The notes: generated by a model from the letters alone, not told the origin. DNA of 64,000 nt from Bdellovibrionota bacterium (GCA_050950765.1 JBMNIF010000002.1:224001-288000); one strand, 5' to 3'; numbered from the stretch's first letter, positions 1-10,934 are shown. Made by a program: numbers and translations.

Positions 1-1140
1 AGTTTAAACGCAGATCCGTTTCTTCCAAATACCTTACGTCAACTCTTGGGCTTAACAGATAACAAAAAACGGTATGCCCGAGATGCCTATACCCTTTCAG
101 CTGCCTTATCAAATCGAGAGGTTTACTTTATTGTAGGCAAGCACTCCGCAAATAATGAACCTTATATGCCTAGTCGTTTATTATTCGCCACAGATAATCT
201 CACCATAGCAAAACGAACCGCACGTTTTTATTCAGATACGCCAACTCTGCCATCTCAAACAGATTTTACACCTACACAAAATGATTCTCAGCTCTGGGCA
301 CCACAACCTCCACAAGCTACAAATATTGTCCTCCCCGACACACTTAGTGTTTCAGCCTTTAAAAGTTATTTAACGTGTCCCTACCGCTTTTATCTTACCC
401 ACATTCTTCATTTAAAAACGTTAGAAGATCGTTTTAGTGAATTAGACCCCGCTAACATCGGAACGATCTTACACCGTATTATGCAAATTTTTGCGATGTC
501 GTCTGCAGCAAACTCCACCGATGAAAAAGAGATTGAAGAAAAATTACTCTCCATCTTTAACGACTACTGTCAGAAAAACTTCGCTACCTCTCCACTCCCT
601 GCCGTACAGGTTCAACTGGAATTATTAAAAGCAAGGCTCGCTCCTTTTGCACGCCTACAAGCTGCACAGGCAAAAGATGGCTGGCAAATAAAATACTTTG
701 AGAAAGACCTAGAAGCTGAACTAGATCTTGCAGATGGATCTTCAATCCGCATAAAAGCAAGGATCGATCGAATTGATCACAAACCACAGGATAACACTTG
801 GCGTATTCTAGATTATAAAGCGGGAGATTCCGCAAAAAAACCTGAGAGCACTTTCCGTACAAGAGCGCAAGAATGGAGCGATCTACAATTACCGTTATAC
901 AAATACATCGTCGAAAAAAATAACATCTGTCAAAATCCGCAATTAGGCTACATCTCACTCCCTGCAAAGCTTGAAGAGATCGGTTTTGACATACTTGATC
1001 CAAACAAAGTAGACCTTGATAGCGGCGTGCAAGAAGCACGTGAAATTGTAAAGAAGATTAAAGCTTTTGAATTCTGGCCACCTTCAGAGAAGGTTAATCC
1101 GCTCTATGATCCGTTTGCCGATCTTTGTAATGGATTTTAG
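1..1140 (+). CDS. AddB/RexB-like PD-(D/E)XK nuclease subunit (5'-partial; frame open from base 1)
   Basis: LSVSAFKSYLTCPYRFYL, GTILH, ARIDRID..ILDYK and DLQLPLY RecB-family nuclease motifs; directly upstream of an AddA-like helicase. Confidence 0.85.
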   Translation, partial: SLNADPFLPNTLRQLLGLTDNKKRYARDAYTLSAALSNREVYFIVGKHSANNEPYMPSRLLFATDNLTIAKRTARFYSDTPTLPSQTDFTPTQNDSQLWAPQPPQATNIVLPDTLSVSAFKSYLTCPYRFYLTHILHLKTLEDRFSELDPANIGTILHRIMQIFAMSSAANSTDEKEIEEKLLSIFNDYCQKNFATSPLPAVQVQLELLKARLAPFARLQAAQAKDGWQIKYFEKDLEAELDLADGSSIRIKARIDRIDHKPQDNTWRILDYKAGDSAKKPESTFRTRAQEWSDLQLPLYKYIVEKNNICQNPQLGYISLPAKLEEIGFDILDPNKVDLDSGVQEAREIVKKIKAFEFWPPSEKVNPLYDPFADLCNGF

Positions 1141-1174
1141 TTTATGGCACCACCTAGCGAGGAGAATATTTCAG

Positions 1175-4100
1175 ATGAACGATAGTTTTCCAGCAACTCT
1201 TATCAAAGCCAGTGCAGGCACTGGTAAAACTTTTGAACTTTCAGGTCGTTTTATTGCGCTCCTAATTGCAGGTGAAAGTGCTGATAATATTTTGGCCACC
1301 ACCTTTACTAAAAAAGCTGCTGGAGAGATTAGAGAGCGTGTTTTTCAACGTCTGGCTGAAGCTGCTATCTCTGAAAAGGGTGCCGCCAAGCTCGCAGGAG
1401 AGCTCAAACGCACAATAAGCACGCCACGATCTCAAGAGATCTTAAAAGAGATGGTTCTTAAGCAGCACCGTTTGAATATTACTACCTTAGACGCTTTTTT
1501 TCATAAAATTGCGAGTAGCTTTGCACTGGAGCTGGGGCTAACTCCAACTTGGACCTTGCGAGATGCAGCTGCTGATAACGCTTTTTATGAAAGTGTCATT
1601 ACTAATCTCTGTGGTTCAGGACATCTTCAAGAATTAACCGCATTACTAAAAAACGAGTTTAATAATATCTCAAGTGTCTTTACAAATATCACCACTGCAG
1701 CGAGGAATCTTTACGATATTTTTAGACAAACAGAGCGAGAAGCTTGGCACTGGATTGAAACAGAAGAGGAACTTACGGAAAAAGAATTAAGTGTTGTTTA
1801 TAAAAAGCTATCTCAAGTGGAGCTACCAAAAACTGCAAAAGGTACAGAAGATCAGAGGTGGCGTAAAGCTATTGATAAAACCATAGAGAGTATTCAACGT
1901 AAAGATTGGCGTAATGTTATTGATGCAGGTATCGGAGGGAAAATTCTTACTGAAGAACCGTTTTACGGTACACCGATTCCAGATGAGATTGTAACTGCCT
2001 ATGAACCACTCTTACGCCATATTAAAGCCGTCACTCTTAATAAGTTAAAACAAAAAAATGAATCAACTTATAAATTATTAACTTTATTCAACGAAGAATA
2101 TGAAAAACTACATGCTTTAACTGATTCACTTAATTTTGATGATGTAAAATACAAATTACTACACGCAAAATTTAGAACAGATCTCGATCACATCTATTAT
2201 AGGTTGGATAGCCGCATTCGACACCTCTTACTAGATGAATTTCAAGACACCTCTTTCCCTCAATGGGGAATTATTGAACCGATTGCAGACGAAATATTAT
2301 CCCAGAGCGGAGAAGAGCGTTCTTTTTTCTGCGTTGGTGATGTAAAGCAAGCTATTTATGGTTGGCGTGGTGGAGTTTCAGCCATCTTTGATACCTTAGA
2401 AGAGAAATGGGAGGTTCTAAAGCAGCCTGAATCACGTCATAAAAGTCGCCGTTGTTCACAACCGATCCTTGATGTTGTTAATAAGGTTTTTGAAGCGCTT
2501 CAGCAGGTACCCGAGATAACTACACCGAAATATCCAGAGAGGCTAGAAGCTACTAAAAAGTGGCGAAAAGGTTTTGAGGGACACACCTCTGCTGTTAACA
2601 ACAATGAAGGGTTTGTTTCTTTTCAGATCTTACCAGAAGACTCTGATGAATCGTTGATTTACGAAACGGCTGTCAATTTAGCCTTAGAGATTAAACAGCG
2701 CCGCCCTGATTTCAAAATCGCTCTCTTAACAAGAACTAATCAATCAGTTGCAAAGATTATCAATCACTTCACGCAAAGGCAAAGTGAAGGAGGGCCGATA
2801 GCAAGTGAAGAAGGTGGTAATCCACTCACCGACTCCCCTGCCGTTAGAGCGTGTCTTGCCCTCCTGCATTTAATTGATCACCCCCATGATACACAAGCGG
2901 CTTTTCACGTTGCAGAGTCCCCGCTCGGCAAAGTTTTAAATTTTACTGATTGGCGATCTGCAAAAGTTGAGGAGTTGTGTAAAAATTTACGGCGTAAAAT
3001 TTCTCAACACGGGTTCGGACACTTTTTTATCGATCTCATCGAGAACTTAAAGGGGTTCTGTTGTGAACGTGATCTAAAGCGACTAACGCAGCTAGCTGAG
3101 ATCGGTCTTACTTTCCCTGAATGGTCAAATCCACGTCTGGAAGAGTTCGCTGATTTTGTAAGAGAGCAACGAGTTGAAGATGCTTCTTCAGCAGATATCA
3201 GAGTGATGACGATCCACGCCTCAAAAGGGTTAGAGTTTGATGCCGTAATTTTGCCGGAATTAAACGCCAACCTCTTCGGGAAACGCGATCCAGTTTTGAC
3301 GTTCTCTCCCAAACCGTCAGAGCCCCCAACTAGGGTTTCACATTCGGTAAGAGGATCAGAAACTTATTTAGATCCACGTCTTAAGGAGATGCGTAGATAC
3401 AATAACGACATCCTGCTTCAGGAAGCCTTAAGTGTTTTATACGTTGCCATGACAAGAGCAAAAAGTGAGCTCTATATGTTGAGTGAATATCTACCTGATA
3501 GATCGAGTGGTGACTCCCTCTCTTACGCTCTTATCTTAAAAAGAACCTTACTTGATAGTGGCTGTGATGAGTATCAACACGGAAAACAGTTAGAAACGTT
3601 ATCAGATCATAAAAAGCCAGCGCCCCTTTCGCAATTGCAGAAGGTAGCGAGTGTCACCATTCCCCAACATCGACGAGTCCCGCGCCTGCGCCGACGCAGC
3701 CCCTCTGAATTGGAAGGTGGCGACAAAACTCTCTTATCTGATCTTTTTTCATCTAACAGATACGCAGCAGAGCTTGGCACTATAACACACGCTCTTTTTG
3801 AGTTAGTAAATTGGATAGACGAAGGCTTACCAACAAGGTCTGAACTTCTAGAAAAAGCACATCTCCTTACACAGAAAACAGGCGATGAAGGTGTTATCAC
3901 GGAAGCGATTGAGATCTTTGAAAAAGCTCTTTCAAAGCCGAATATTGTAGATATCTTTCAGAAAAATCGGTATCAAGTAGAAGGATCTCACTTAGAACTC
4001 TTTAAAGAACAACGTTTCTCCATTTATGACAAAAATATCGTTCTTGCAGGGGCTTTTGATAGATTAGTGGCTGTCTCCGTTGGCAATAAAGTAGTAAAAG

Positions 4101-4291
4101 CAGAGATTATTGACTTTAAAACAGATAGAATTTTAGAGAACTCTCCGGAAGCATTACAGAAAAAAATAGATTTCTACCGTCCGCAACTCTTGGCATATCA
4201 ACGTGCTGCTGCTAAATTCTTAAGTTTGGAAGTGCAAGACATCTCTTTAAGTCTAGCCTTTGTCAGAAGCGGAGATGTTGTTGCTATATAA
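1175..4291 (+). CDS. addA: AddA/RecB-like UvrD helicase-nuclease
   Basis: ASAGTGKT Walker A, TFTKKAA, LLDEFQDTS, VGDVKQAIYGWRG, MTIHASKGLEF, YVAMTRAK, C-terminal DRL..IIDFKT nuclease; ATG at 1175 follows GAGGAG. Confidence 0.88.
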   Translation: MNDSFPATLIKASAGTGKTFELSGRFIALLIAGESADNILATTFTKKAAGEIRERVFQRLAEAAISEKGAAKLAGELKRTISTPRSQEILKEMVLKQHRLNITTLDAFFHKIASSFALELGLTPTWTLRDAAADNAFYESVITNLCGSGHLQELTALLKNEFNNISSVFTNITTAARNLYDIFRQTEREAWHWIETEEELTEKELSVVYKKLSQVELPKTAKGTEDQRWRKAIDKTIESIQRKDWRNVIDAGIGGKILTEEPFYGTPIPDEIVTAYEPLLRHIKAVTLNKLKQKNESTYKLLTLFNEEYEKLHALTDSLNFDDVKYKLLHAKFRTDLDHIYYRLDSRIRHLLLDEFQDTSFPQWGIIEPIADEILSQSGEERSFFCVGDVKQAIYGWRGGVSAIFDTLEEKWEVLKQPESRHKSRRCSQPILDVVNKVFEALQQVPEITTPKYPERLEATKKWRKGFEGHTSAVNNNEGFVSFQILPEDSDESLIYETAVNLALEIKQRRPDFKIALLTRTNQSVAKIINHFTQRQSEGGPIASEEGGNPLTDSPAVRACLALLHLIDHPHDTQAAFHVAESPLGKVLNFTDWRSAKVEELCKNLRRKISQHGFGHFFIDLIENLKGFCCERDLKRLTQLAEIGLTFPEWSNPRLEEFADFVREQRVEDASSADIRVMTIHASKGLEFDAVILPELNANLFGKRDPVLTFSPKPSEPPTRVSHSVRGSETYLDPRLKEMRRYNNDILLQEALSVLYVAMTRAKSELYMLSEYLPDRSSGDSLSYALILKRTLLDSGCDEYQHGKQLETLSDHKKPAPLSQLQKVASVTIPQHRRVPRLRRRSPSELEGGDKTLLSDLFSSNRYAAELGTITHALFELVNWIDEGLPTRSELLEKAHLLTQKTGDEGVITEAIEIFEKALSKPNIVDIFQKNRYQVEGSHLELFKEQRFSIYDKNIVLAGAFDRLVAVSVGNKVVKAEIIDFKTDRILENSPEALQKKIDFYRPQLLAYQRAAAKFLSLEVQDISLSLAFVRSGDVVAI

Positions 4292-4309
4292 TTTTACTTT
4301 AGTGATTTC

Positions 4310-4558
4310 ATGAAAGATACAGAAGTAACCGAAGATGATATTATCGTCATCCCCATTGAGAGACTTCAGGAAGATGTTCTTAATGGAATTATAGATGAAT
4401 TCGTTTTGCAAGAAGGAACTGACTACGGACAGGAAGAATACTCCCTCTTAGAAAAGAGAGAGCAGGTGCGTCGTCAGATCTTAGATGGTCGCGCACAGAT
4501 AGTTTTTAATCAGAAGACTGATTCATGCAGTATAATCCCTTCTGCAAATAGGAGATAA
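4310..4558 (+). CDS. YheU/UPF0270 family protein
   Basis: IDEFVLQEGTDYGQEEYSLLEKREQVRRQ matches the YheU family pattern. Confidence 0.85.
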   Translation: MKDTEVTEDDIIVIPIERLQEDVLNGIIDEFVLQEGTDYGQEEYSLLEKREQVRRQILDGRAQIVFNQKTDSCSIIPSANRR

Positions 4559-4563
4559 GAGAC

Positions 4564-5520
4564 ATGATACTTGTAACAGGTGCAGCAGGTTTTATCGGAA
4601 GTAGCGTTGCAGCTGCGTTATTACAACGTGGCGCAGATGTGATCGGGATAGATAATTTTAATGATTATTACAGTCCGCTACGCAAGAGACACAACATCGC
4701 TCCCCTCTTAGACAACTCTCGCTTTTCCATGATTGAGATGGATTTTAGAGACCGTGAAAAGGTTAACACTCTTTTTACAAAACGTGAGATTGAATCCGTT
4801 ATCCACTTAGGAGCAATGGCGAACGTGCGACGCTCGGTTGAAGATCCCTTTAGTTACGTTGACACTAATATTATGGGAACAACGAACCTATTAGAAGCTG
4901 CCGCAAAAGCTCCTGTAAAACATTTCGTTTTTGCTTCAACCAGCTCTGTCTATGGCCGTCGTACAGCAGTGCCTTTTTATGAAAGTGATAATACTGATCT
5001 TCCTCTAGCGCCCTACCCTGCTTCTAAAAAAGCTTGCGAGTGTTTAGGACACGCCTATTTTAATATGCACCAATTAAACTTTACAGCCTTACGATTTTTT
5101 AATGTCTACGGTCCGAAAGGTAGGCCAGATATGATGCCTTATAAAGTTTTGCAAGCTATCCTCCGAGATGAAGAGATTACACTTTATGCTGCGGGCACTC
5201 TCTCCAGAGATTGGACATTTATTGATGATACAGTAGCTGGGGTTATAGCAGCACTAGATCATCCAGATGGCTTTCAGATCTATAATCTTGGTCGCGGTGA
5301 GCCTGTTATGATGACACAATTTGTTAAGCTAGCAGAGCAACTTCTTAATAAAAAAGCAAAGATAGTAGACACCCCCACCCCTATTAGTGAACCGTTAATT
5401 ACTTATGCTTGTGTAGATAAAGCGCATAAAGCGTTCAGCTATACTCCAAAGGTTTCTCTTCCGGAAGGTATGGCGAAATTTTTAGAGTGGTTTTCTGAAG
5501 AAGTCCTTCCTCTTTCTTAA
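4564..5520 (+). CDS. NAD-dependent epimerase/dehydratase (UDP-glucuronate 4-epimerase-like)
   Basis: VTGAAGFIG, DNFNDYY, STSSVYG, YPASKKA, LRFFNVYGPKGRPDM. Confidence 0.9.
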   Translation: MILVTGAAGFIGSSVAAALLQRGADVIGIDNFNDYYSPLRKRHNIAPLLDNSRFSMIEMDFRDREKVNTLFTKREIESVIHLGAMANVRRSVEDPFSYVDTNIMGTTNLLEAAAKAPVKHFVFASTSSVYGRRTAVPFYESDNTDLPLAPYPASKKACECLGHAYFNMHQLNFTALRFFNVYGPKGRPDMMPYKVLQAILRDEEITLYAAGTLSRDWTFIDDTVAGVIAALDHPDGFQIYNLGRGEPVMMTQFVKLAEQLLNKKAKIVDTPTPISEPLITYACVDKAHKAFSYTPKVSLPEGMAKFLEWFSEEVLPLS

Positions 5521-5598
5521 AAAAGGACAATAAAAATTATCTTCTAATGCCTTCTCTCATTATAATGATAAAAATCCCCAAAAGATCTTACTTTTATT

Positions 5599-6648
5599 AT
5601 GTTAAATGAAGTTTTTTCTTATAATCTACCGCAAGACGTGATCGCACAGAGACCGTTACATCCGTATCATGCTGCTAAGATGATGGTTATCAACCGTCAG
5701 CAAAAAACGATCACTGACGAAACATTTTTTGATATTACAAAATATTTAAAGGCGGGAGATCTATTGATCCTCAACAACTCTCGGGTAATTCCTGCTAGAC
5801 TACTTGGTCGTGTTGAAAGCGGTGGTGGGGTAGAGTTGCTTTGCATTAAAAAGGTGACTCCTCTTAGTTTTCGTTGTTTAGCGAAACCGATGCGTAAATT
5901 ACAACTTGGTAGAGAGGTTTTTTTCAATAAAGGGTTAAAAGCAACTGTACAGGCACGACTTTCAGAATGTGAAGTATTGGTGGAGTTCTCTTCAGATACA
6001 GACACGGCTGAACTTATAAAAGAGGTTGGAATTATGCCGATTCCGCCGTATATCCGTTCCGGAAAAAGTGATGCTGAAGATTTTATAGATTATCAAACTT
6101 TTTTTGCGCAAGAAGAAGGTTCCGTAGCAGCACCAACGGCGGGGCTTCACTTTACCCCTGAGTTAATAAACAAGATCAAAGGTATCGGATGTACAGTATC
6201 GTTTATTACGTTACACGTTGGAACTGCCAGCTTTCTTCCAATAGAAACGGAAGACGGTAAAGATTTAAGACGACCAGGTGTGGAATCGTACCTTTTTTCT
6301 AAAAACATCTTAGAGAAGATAAACACTACCCGCACTCAAGGCGGATGCGTTGTTGCAGTAGGAACAACTACGGTTAGAGCTTTAGAGAGTATGGTGCAAG
6401 AAGTGCAAGACGGAGTAGATGTAGATACGGAAGATGGTAACCTGCACACAACAGAGATCTTTATTACACCTGGCTATTCCTATAAAGCCATCGACGCTTT
6501 AGTCACTAATTTTCACCAACCACGCACCACGCACCTTCTACTTGTAGAAGCCTTTATGGGAAAAGCACTTCTCTCCGAATCGTATACTTACGCCCTTACA
6601 CACGAATATCGTTTCCTAAGTTATGGTGATGGAATGTTAATTCTCTAG
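5599..6648 (+). CDS. queA: S-adenosylmethionine:tRNA ribosyltransferase-isomerase
   Basis: IAQRP, NNSRVIPARL, PIPPYI, GSVAAPTAGLHFT, VGTTTVRALES, TNFHQP, YRFLSYGD. Confidence 0.97.
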   Translation: MLNEVFSYNLPQDVIAQRPLHPYHAAKMMVINRQQKTITDETFFDITKYLKAGDLLILNNSRVIPARLLGRVESGGGVELLCIKKVTPLSFRCLAKPMRKLQLGREVFFNKGLKATVQARLSECEVLVEFSSDTDTAELIKEVGIMPIPPYIRSGKSDAEDFIDYQTFFAQEEGSVAAPTAGLHFTPELINKIKGIGCTVSFITLHVGTASFLPIETEDGKDLRRPGVESYLFSKNILEKINTTRTQGGCVVAVGTTTVRALESMVQEVQDGVDVDTEDGNLHTTEIFITPGYSYKAIDALVTNFHQPRTTHLLLVEAFMGKALLSESYTYALTHEYRFLSYGDGMLIL

Positions 6649-6845
6649 CCTCCTTTAAAAAGATACACCACCTTTTATAAGATCCCTCCTATTATTAACC
6701 TATTGATTCTACACATAAAAAACATCTTTTTAATTTTATAGGTGTCTTTAGTGAAGAAAGATCCTTTCCAAGAAGTCTAAGAGTTCATAAGAAGATCTTC
6801 ATGCAAGATTTTTATAACATGAACACTCTCTAATTGGAGGACACT

Positions 6846-9800
6846 ATGAAATTACCCCTCACCATTCTATTGGGTCTTTTAATAAGCACAAACACAGTTG
6901 TGCTAAACGATCACCTGCACAAAACACTTCAATCAATTACAACACTACTAAAGAGAGATCGAAGTGTTCTAATAAATAACACCTCTCCTACAACGAATCC
7001 GCAAGGAAGTGCCTCTGATAAAGGCGATCTCCCCCGTCAATTACCTCCAAAAGATGTGCCGTTAAAACCGTTCGATCCGATCTTGCGAGATCCAGCTATT
7101 CCTCCATTACCACCCGTACCACATATTGTCGTAAGCGATAAATTTAAACCTATTATCCCTCAAGATGTAGCTATCACTATTGATGTTATCGGTAACATAG
7201 CTACAACTACTTATGACATCACCTTTTTTAATCCTAACTATAAACAGCTGGAAGGCGAATTTATCATCCCATTATCAGAGAATCAGAACGTTTCTGCTCT
7301 AGCTTTAGATATTAACGGCAAGATGCGTGACGGTGTTGTCGTCGAAAAACAGAAGGCGCGTCAAACATTTGAAGCCATTGTAAATAGAAGAGTTGACCCC
7401 GCCTTAGCAGAAAAAACAGCAGGCAATCAATTTAAATTACGCATCTATCCATTTGCAGGAAACGGCACTCGACGTATTAAGGTCACCCTTGAAGAGCAAC
7501 TAAGAGTTAAAAACGGTGCCTTTTATTATGCACTGCCCTTAAACTTTAATCAGACTTTAAAATCTTTTTCGCTAAACGTTCAATCTTATGCTGCCGCACA
7601 ACCTCAAGTGACGACAGATCTAAAAGATTTTACCTTCACAAAGCAGAATCAGATCTTTCTAGCGCAATTTAGTGCTCAAAATTATCTATCCGCCAACAAT
7701 TTTTCATTCCTAGTTCCGAACTCTAAGGAGGAAACACTTTTCACCCATAGTGCAGGAGATACAACTTACTTTTACTCAAATATTGCAGCTCCTGTTTCAG
7801 AAAAAAATAAGGTTCTTCCCGCTAAAATTACAGTTTTCTGGGACTCTTCTCTTTCGGGATCAAAGAGAGATATTGCAGCAGAAAAAGCTTTATTAAAAGC
7901 CTATCTGGAAAGGATTAAAAACCTTAAAGTGGAGTTTATCACCTTTAATTTAGATATTATTCAGAAGAAAGAATTTGAGATCTCGGCAGGAGATCTCTCC
8001 GCTCTTGAAAAAGAGATCGATAGCATCGTTTATGATGGTGCAACAAAGTTTGATACTCTCGATATCGGCAGCACCTCTTCTGATGAGATATTGATCTTCA
8101 CAGACGGCATTAGCTCTTTCGGTGACAGTAAAATAGCACTTGGAGATGTTCCTATTTATACGATTAACTCATCTCCTGAGTTTGAACGTGGTCTGCTGCA
8201 AGGCACACCTCAAAAAAGCTTAGGAAGTTTTATTAATTTAACCACCTTAGATACAGCAGAAGCTCTACATAAACTTACTACTAAAAGTGTTAGAGTGTTA
8301 AGTTATGTTCATGACTCTAAAATCTCAGAAGTTTATCCACCTATCGGTACGGAAGTAACAGGGGTACTCTCCTTTGCTGGTCTTATGCACGGCTCAAGTG
8401 CAGAGCTAACCGTTAACTTCGGTTTTAATGATGATGAAATTATACGTAAGAAAACTATTAAAATTACTTCGGGCACAAATAACGCCGCAGTTGAAAGGCT
8501 TTGGGCTAAACAGAAGATCAATTTCTTAGAGCTCGATCCGAAAGTAAATAAAGATGAGATCTTAAAGCTCGGTCAGACCTACTCTATCGTAACAGCCGAG
8601 ACCTCTTTACTTGTACTTGAAAATGTTAGCGATTATGTCCAATATCAGATTACACCACCTGCTGAATTGTTGGATGAATATAACCGCTTACTCACTATAA
8701 AAAATAATAACCTAGCATCCACTCAACAATCAGCTTTAGAAGATGCTGTCAATCAAGCCAAGTTAGTTAAAGAATGGTGGGAGAAGGAATTCACCACTAT
8801 TCCTACAAAATCAAAGCCTTTTCAACCCTTAAAACCTTTAACAGGCACTCCTAACCTAAGAAACGATAGCGACGACGAGGCTATGCAGAGAGGCAGAGAA
8901 CAGATGCCGAGAGACGAAGGAGGAGCAAGAGCGAATTCAATGTCTATCCTACAAGAACGGCAAGATAATTCTAGAATGGAGATGACAAAAATGGCTGCAC
9001 CGCTGGACTTTGTTTCGGGTAATATGGCTGCACCTGCTGGAAACAACAAAGGAGATACTCCGTTAGCACGAGTAGCCTCTAACGCTACAATACAGATAAA
9101 AGGTTGGAATCCCGATACTCCATATCTAAAGATCTTAAGAAAATCATCAGATGCAGAGTTATATAAGGATTATTTAAAGTTGAAAAACGGCTTTGACGAT
9201 CAACCCTCTTTTTATTTTGATGTTAGCGATGAATTTATTCGTCGTAAGCAACCGAAAAACGCTCTCATTGTTATCTCAAACATAGCTGAAATGAAGCTCG
9301 ACAATGTTGAACTACTTCGAATTGCTGCTAATAAATTATTAGGCATGGGATACACCCAATACAGTGTAGAACTATTCAAAAAAATTCTTGAATTACGTGG
9401 AGAAGATCCTCAGTCTTACAGAGATTTAGCCTTAGCTTATCAGCAAAACGATCAAGCACAGGAAGCTCTTGAGATGTTTTACACAGTTCTTTCAAAACAA
9501 TGGACCCGTTTTAATAATATTAAGCAGGTCGTTTTTGTTGAGATGAATAGATTAATCGCTAAAAATCCGAAACTTAATTTAGAGAATATCGATCAAAGAG
9601 TGATCTTTGCGATGCCTGTGGATATCCGTATCTCACTAAGTTGGAGCACGGACAACACAGATATCGATCTGCACGTAAAAGATCCGTACGATGAGAACTG
9701 TTTCTATGGTCGTAGATTAACCACCATCGGTGGTCGTTATACCAACGATTTTACCGACGGTTTTGGACCGGAAGAGTTTATGCTGAAGAAAGCAGCTAAG

Positions 9801-9983
9801 GGTACCTATCAGATTAAAACCAACAACTTTGGAGACCGTCGTCAGAGCATCTCCGGACCAACTACACTTTATCTTGATATCTTCACCTATTACGGAACTG
9901 CAGAAGAAACCCATCAAAGGATCCTTGTGCGTACAGAAAACATTAAAGAAGATAATGTTATAGGAGAGATAAACTTTAATTAA
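6846..9983 (+). CDS. Exported VIT/vWA-like + TPR + DUF2135 (YfaP-like) domain protein
   Basis: N-terminal hydrophobic segment; VIT-like LEGEFIIPL..ALDINGKMRDGVVVEK..RRVDPAL; WDSSLS..FTDG vWA-like; TPR-like PQSYRDLALA; C-terminal DIRISLSWSTDNTDIDLHVKDP..GFGPEEF; ATG at 6846 after GGAGG. Confidence 0.8.
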   Translation: MKLPLTILLGLLISTNTVVLNDHLHKTLQSITTLLKRDRSVLINNTSPTTNPQGSASDKGDLPRQLPPKDVPLKPFDPILRDPAIPPLPPVPHIVVSDKFKPIIPQDVAITIDVIGNIATTTYDITFFNPNYKQLEGEFIIPLSENQNVSALALDINGKMRDGVVVEKQKARQTFEAIVNRRVDPALAEKTAGNQFKLRIYPFAGNGTRRIKVTLEEQLRVKNGAFYYALPLNFNQTLKSFSLNVQSYAAAQPQVTTDLKDFTFTKQNQIFLAQFSAQNYLSANNFSFLVPNSKEETLFTHSAGDTTYFYSNIAAPVSEKNKVLPAKITVFWDSSLSGSKRDIAAEKALLKAYLERIKNLKVEFITFNLDIIQKKEFEISAGDLSALEKEIDSIVYDGATKFDTLDIGSTSSDEILIFTDGISSFGDSKIALGDVPIYTINSSPEFERGLLQGTPQKSLGSFINLTTLDTAEALHKLTTKSVRVLSYVHDSKISEVYPPIGTEVTGVLSFAGLMHGSSAELTVNFGFNDDEIIRKKTIKITSGTNNAAVERLWAKQKINFLELDPKVNKDEILKLGQTYSIVTAETSLLVLENVSDYVQYQITPPAELLDEYNRLLTIKNNNLASTQQSALEDAVNQAKLVKEWWEKEFTTIPTKSKPFQPLKPLTGTPNLRNDSDDEAMQRGREQMPRDEGGARANSMSILQERQDNSRMEMTKMAAPLDFVSGNMAAPAGNNKGDTPLARVASNATIQIKGWNPDTPYLKILRKSSDAELYKDYLKLKNGFDDQPSFYFDVSDEFIRRKQPKNALIVISNIAEMKLDNVELLRIAANKLLGMGYTQYSVELFKKILELRGEDPQSYRDLALAYQQNDQAQEALEMFYTVLSKQWTRFNNIKQVVFVEMNRLIAKNPKLNLENIDQRVIFAMPVDIRISLSWSTDNTDIDLHVKDPYDENCFYGRRLTTIGGRYTNDFTDGFGPEEFMLKKAAKGTYQIKTNNFGDRRQSISGPTTLYLDIFTYYGTAEETHQRILVRTENIKEDNVIGEINFN

Positions 9984-9994
9984 AGGAGATTATG

Positions 9995-10028
9995 GGCAGA
10001 GAAAATTTAATTTTCTCTGCCTTCTTTG
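9995..10028 (+). terminator. Intrinsic terminator between the convergent VIT gene and fliR
   Basis: Perfect hairpin GGCAGAGAAAAT-tta-ATTTTCTCTGCC followed by TTCTTT. Confidence 0.75.
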
Positions 10029-10107
10029 TCTACTAGCACATTTACAAAAAGCTTTAATTAAAGTTAAGGATCAGTAACTTCACTAAGATTAAACCGCTTA
10101 AAATATA

Positions 10108-10923
10108 TCACTTATCTACCTGCTTAATCTGTTTAGTTTCATTTGATAAAACAAGGATCTCCTGCTCACTACGTTTAAAATCTCTTTCAACGTATTCAGC
10201 GATCTCTGGTATAGACAAAGCTGTTAAGATCAATCCGATCCCGATGGTAAGGGGGAAAGCGATAATAAAGATATTAACTTGCGGAACAGCTCTTGAGATT
10301 AACCCCATTACAAACTTAGTAAGTAAAATTGCTACAATAGCAGGTGCTGAAACCATAACTCCTGCTTCAAAAATCAGAGCACTTCTATCTATTAATAATT
10401 TTATCCCTGTTTCTGTAATTAAAAAGCTCCCAGGAACTATCACTCCACCTAAGCCTGAAGCAGCATAAATAACATAATGGTGTCCACCGAATAACAAGAA
10501 GAAACAGATCGTCAGATCTCCAACAAATCTACTTAATGGTGTTATACTGATCCCCATCGTCGGATCGTACATCTGCCCTGCTGAAAGTCCCATCGCCGTA
10601 GATGATAACTGCATACCCGTTTGCACACCAGCTATCACCATAGCCGGAATTGCACCCAACATCAGTCCAAATAATAGCTCAGAAAAGATCCCTGCTATCA
10701 CTGCTCCCCAATCCGCAGGCATCTCGGCATAAGCACCATTTATAGTAGCAGCATACGTCATAAATAGAATAGCAGGGATACGAATGGTCATCCCCCTTAT
10801 ACCGCCCCCCACTCCAGGAACGATCGTCATCATTGCAGCAAAACGTGTAAAAACCAGAAGAAAGCTCCAGATTACATCATAACGTTCCAGCAAATTGATT
10901 GGGAAAAAGAGAGTTGTATCCAT
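10108..10923 (-). CDS. fliR: Flagellar export gate protein FliR
   Basis: FLLVFTRF, MGLSAGQMYDP, ISRAVPQVNIFIIAFP; follows fliP-fliQ. Confidence 0.93.
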   Translation of the reverse strand: MDTTLFFPINLLERYDVIWSFLLVFTRFAAMMTIVPGVGGGIRGMTIRIPAILFMTYAATINGAYAEMPADWGAVIAGIFSELLFGLMLGAIPAMVIAGVQTGMQLSSTAMGLSAGQMYDPTMGISITPLSRFVGDLTICFFLLFGGHHYVIYAASGLGGVIVPGSFLITETGIKLLIDRSALIFEAGVMVSAPAIVAILLTKFVMGLISRAVPQVNIFIIAFPLTIGIGLILTALSIPEIAEYVERDFKRSEQEILVLSNETKQIKQVDK

Positions 10924-10934
10924 ATTTTTTCACG

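Noticed and set aside
1..4291. Anti-phage helicase-nuclease defence system
   Set aside because: Architecture and order match housekeeping AddAB recombination genes in a core-gene neighbourhood
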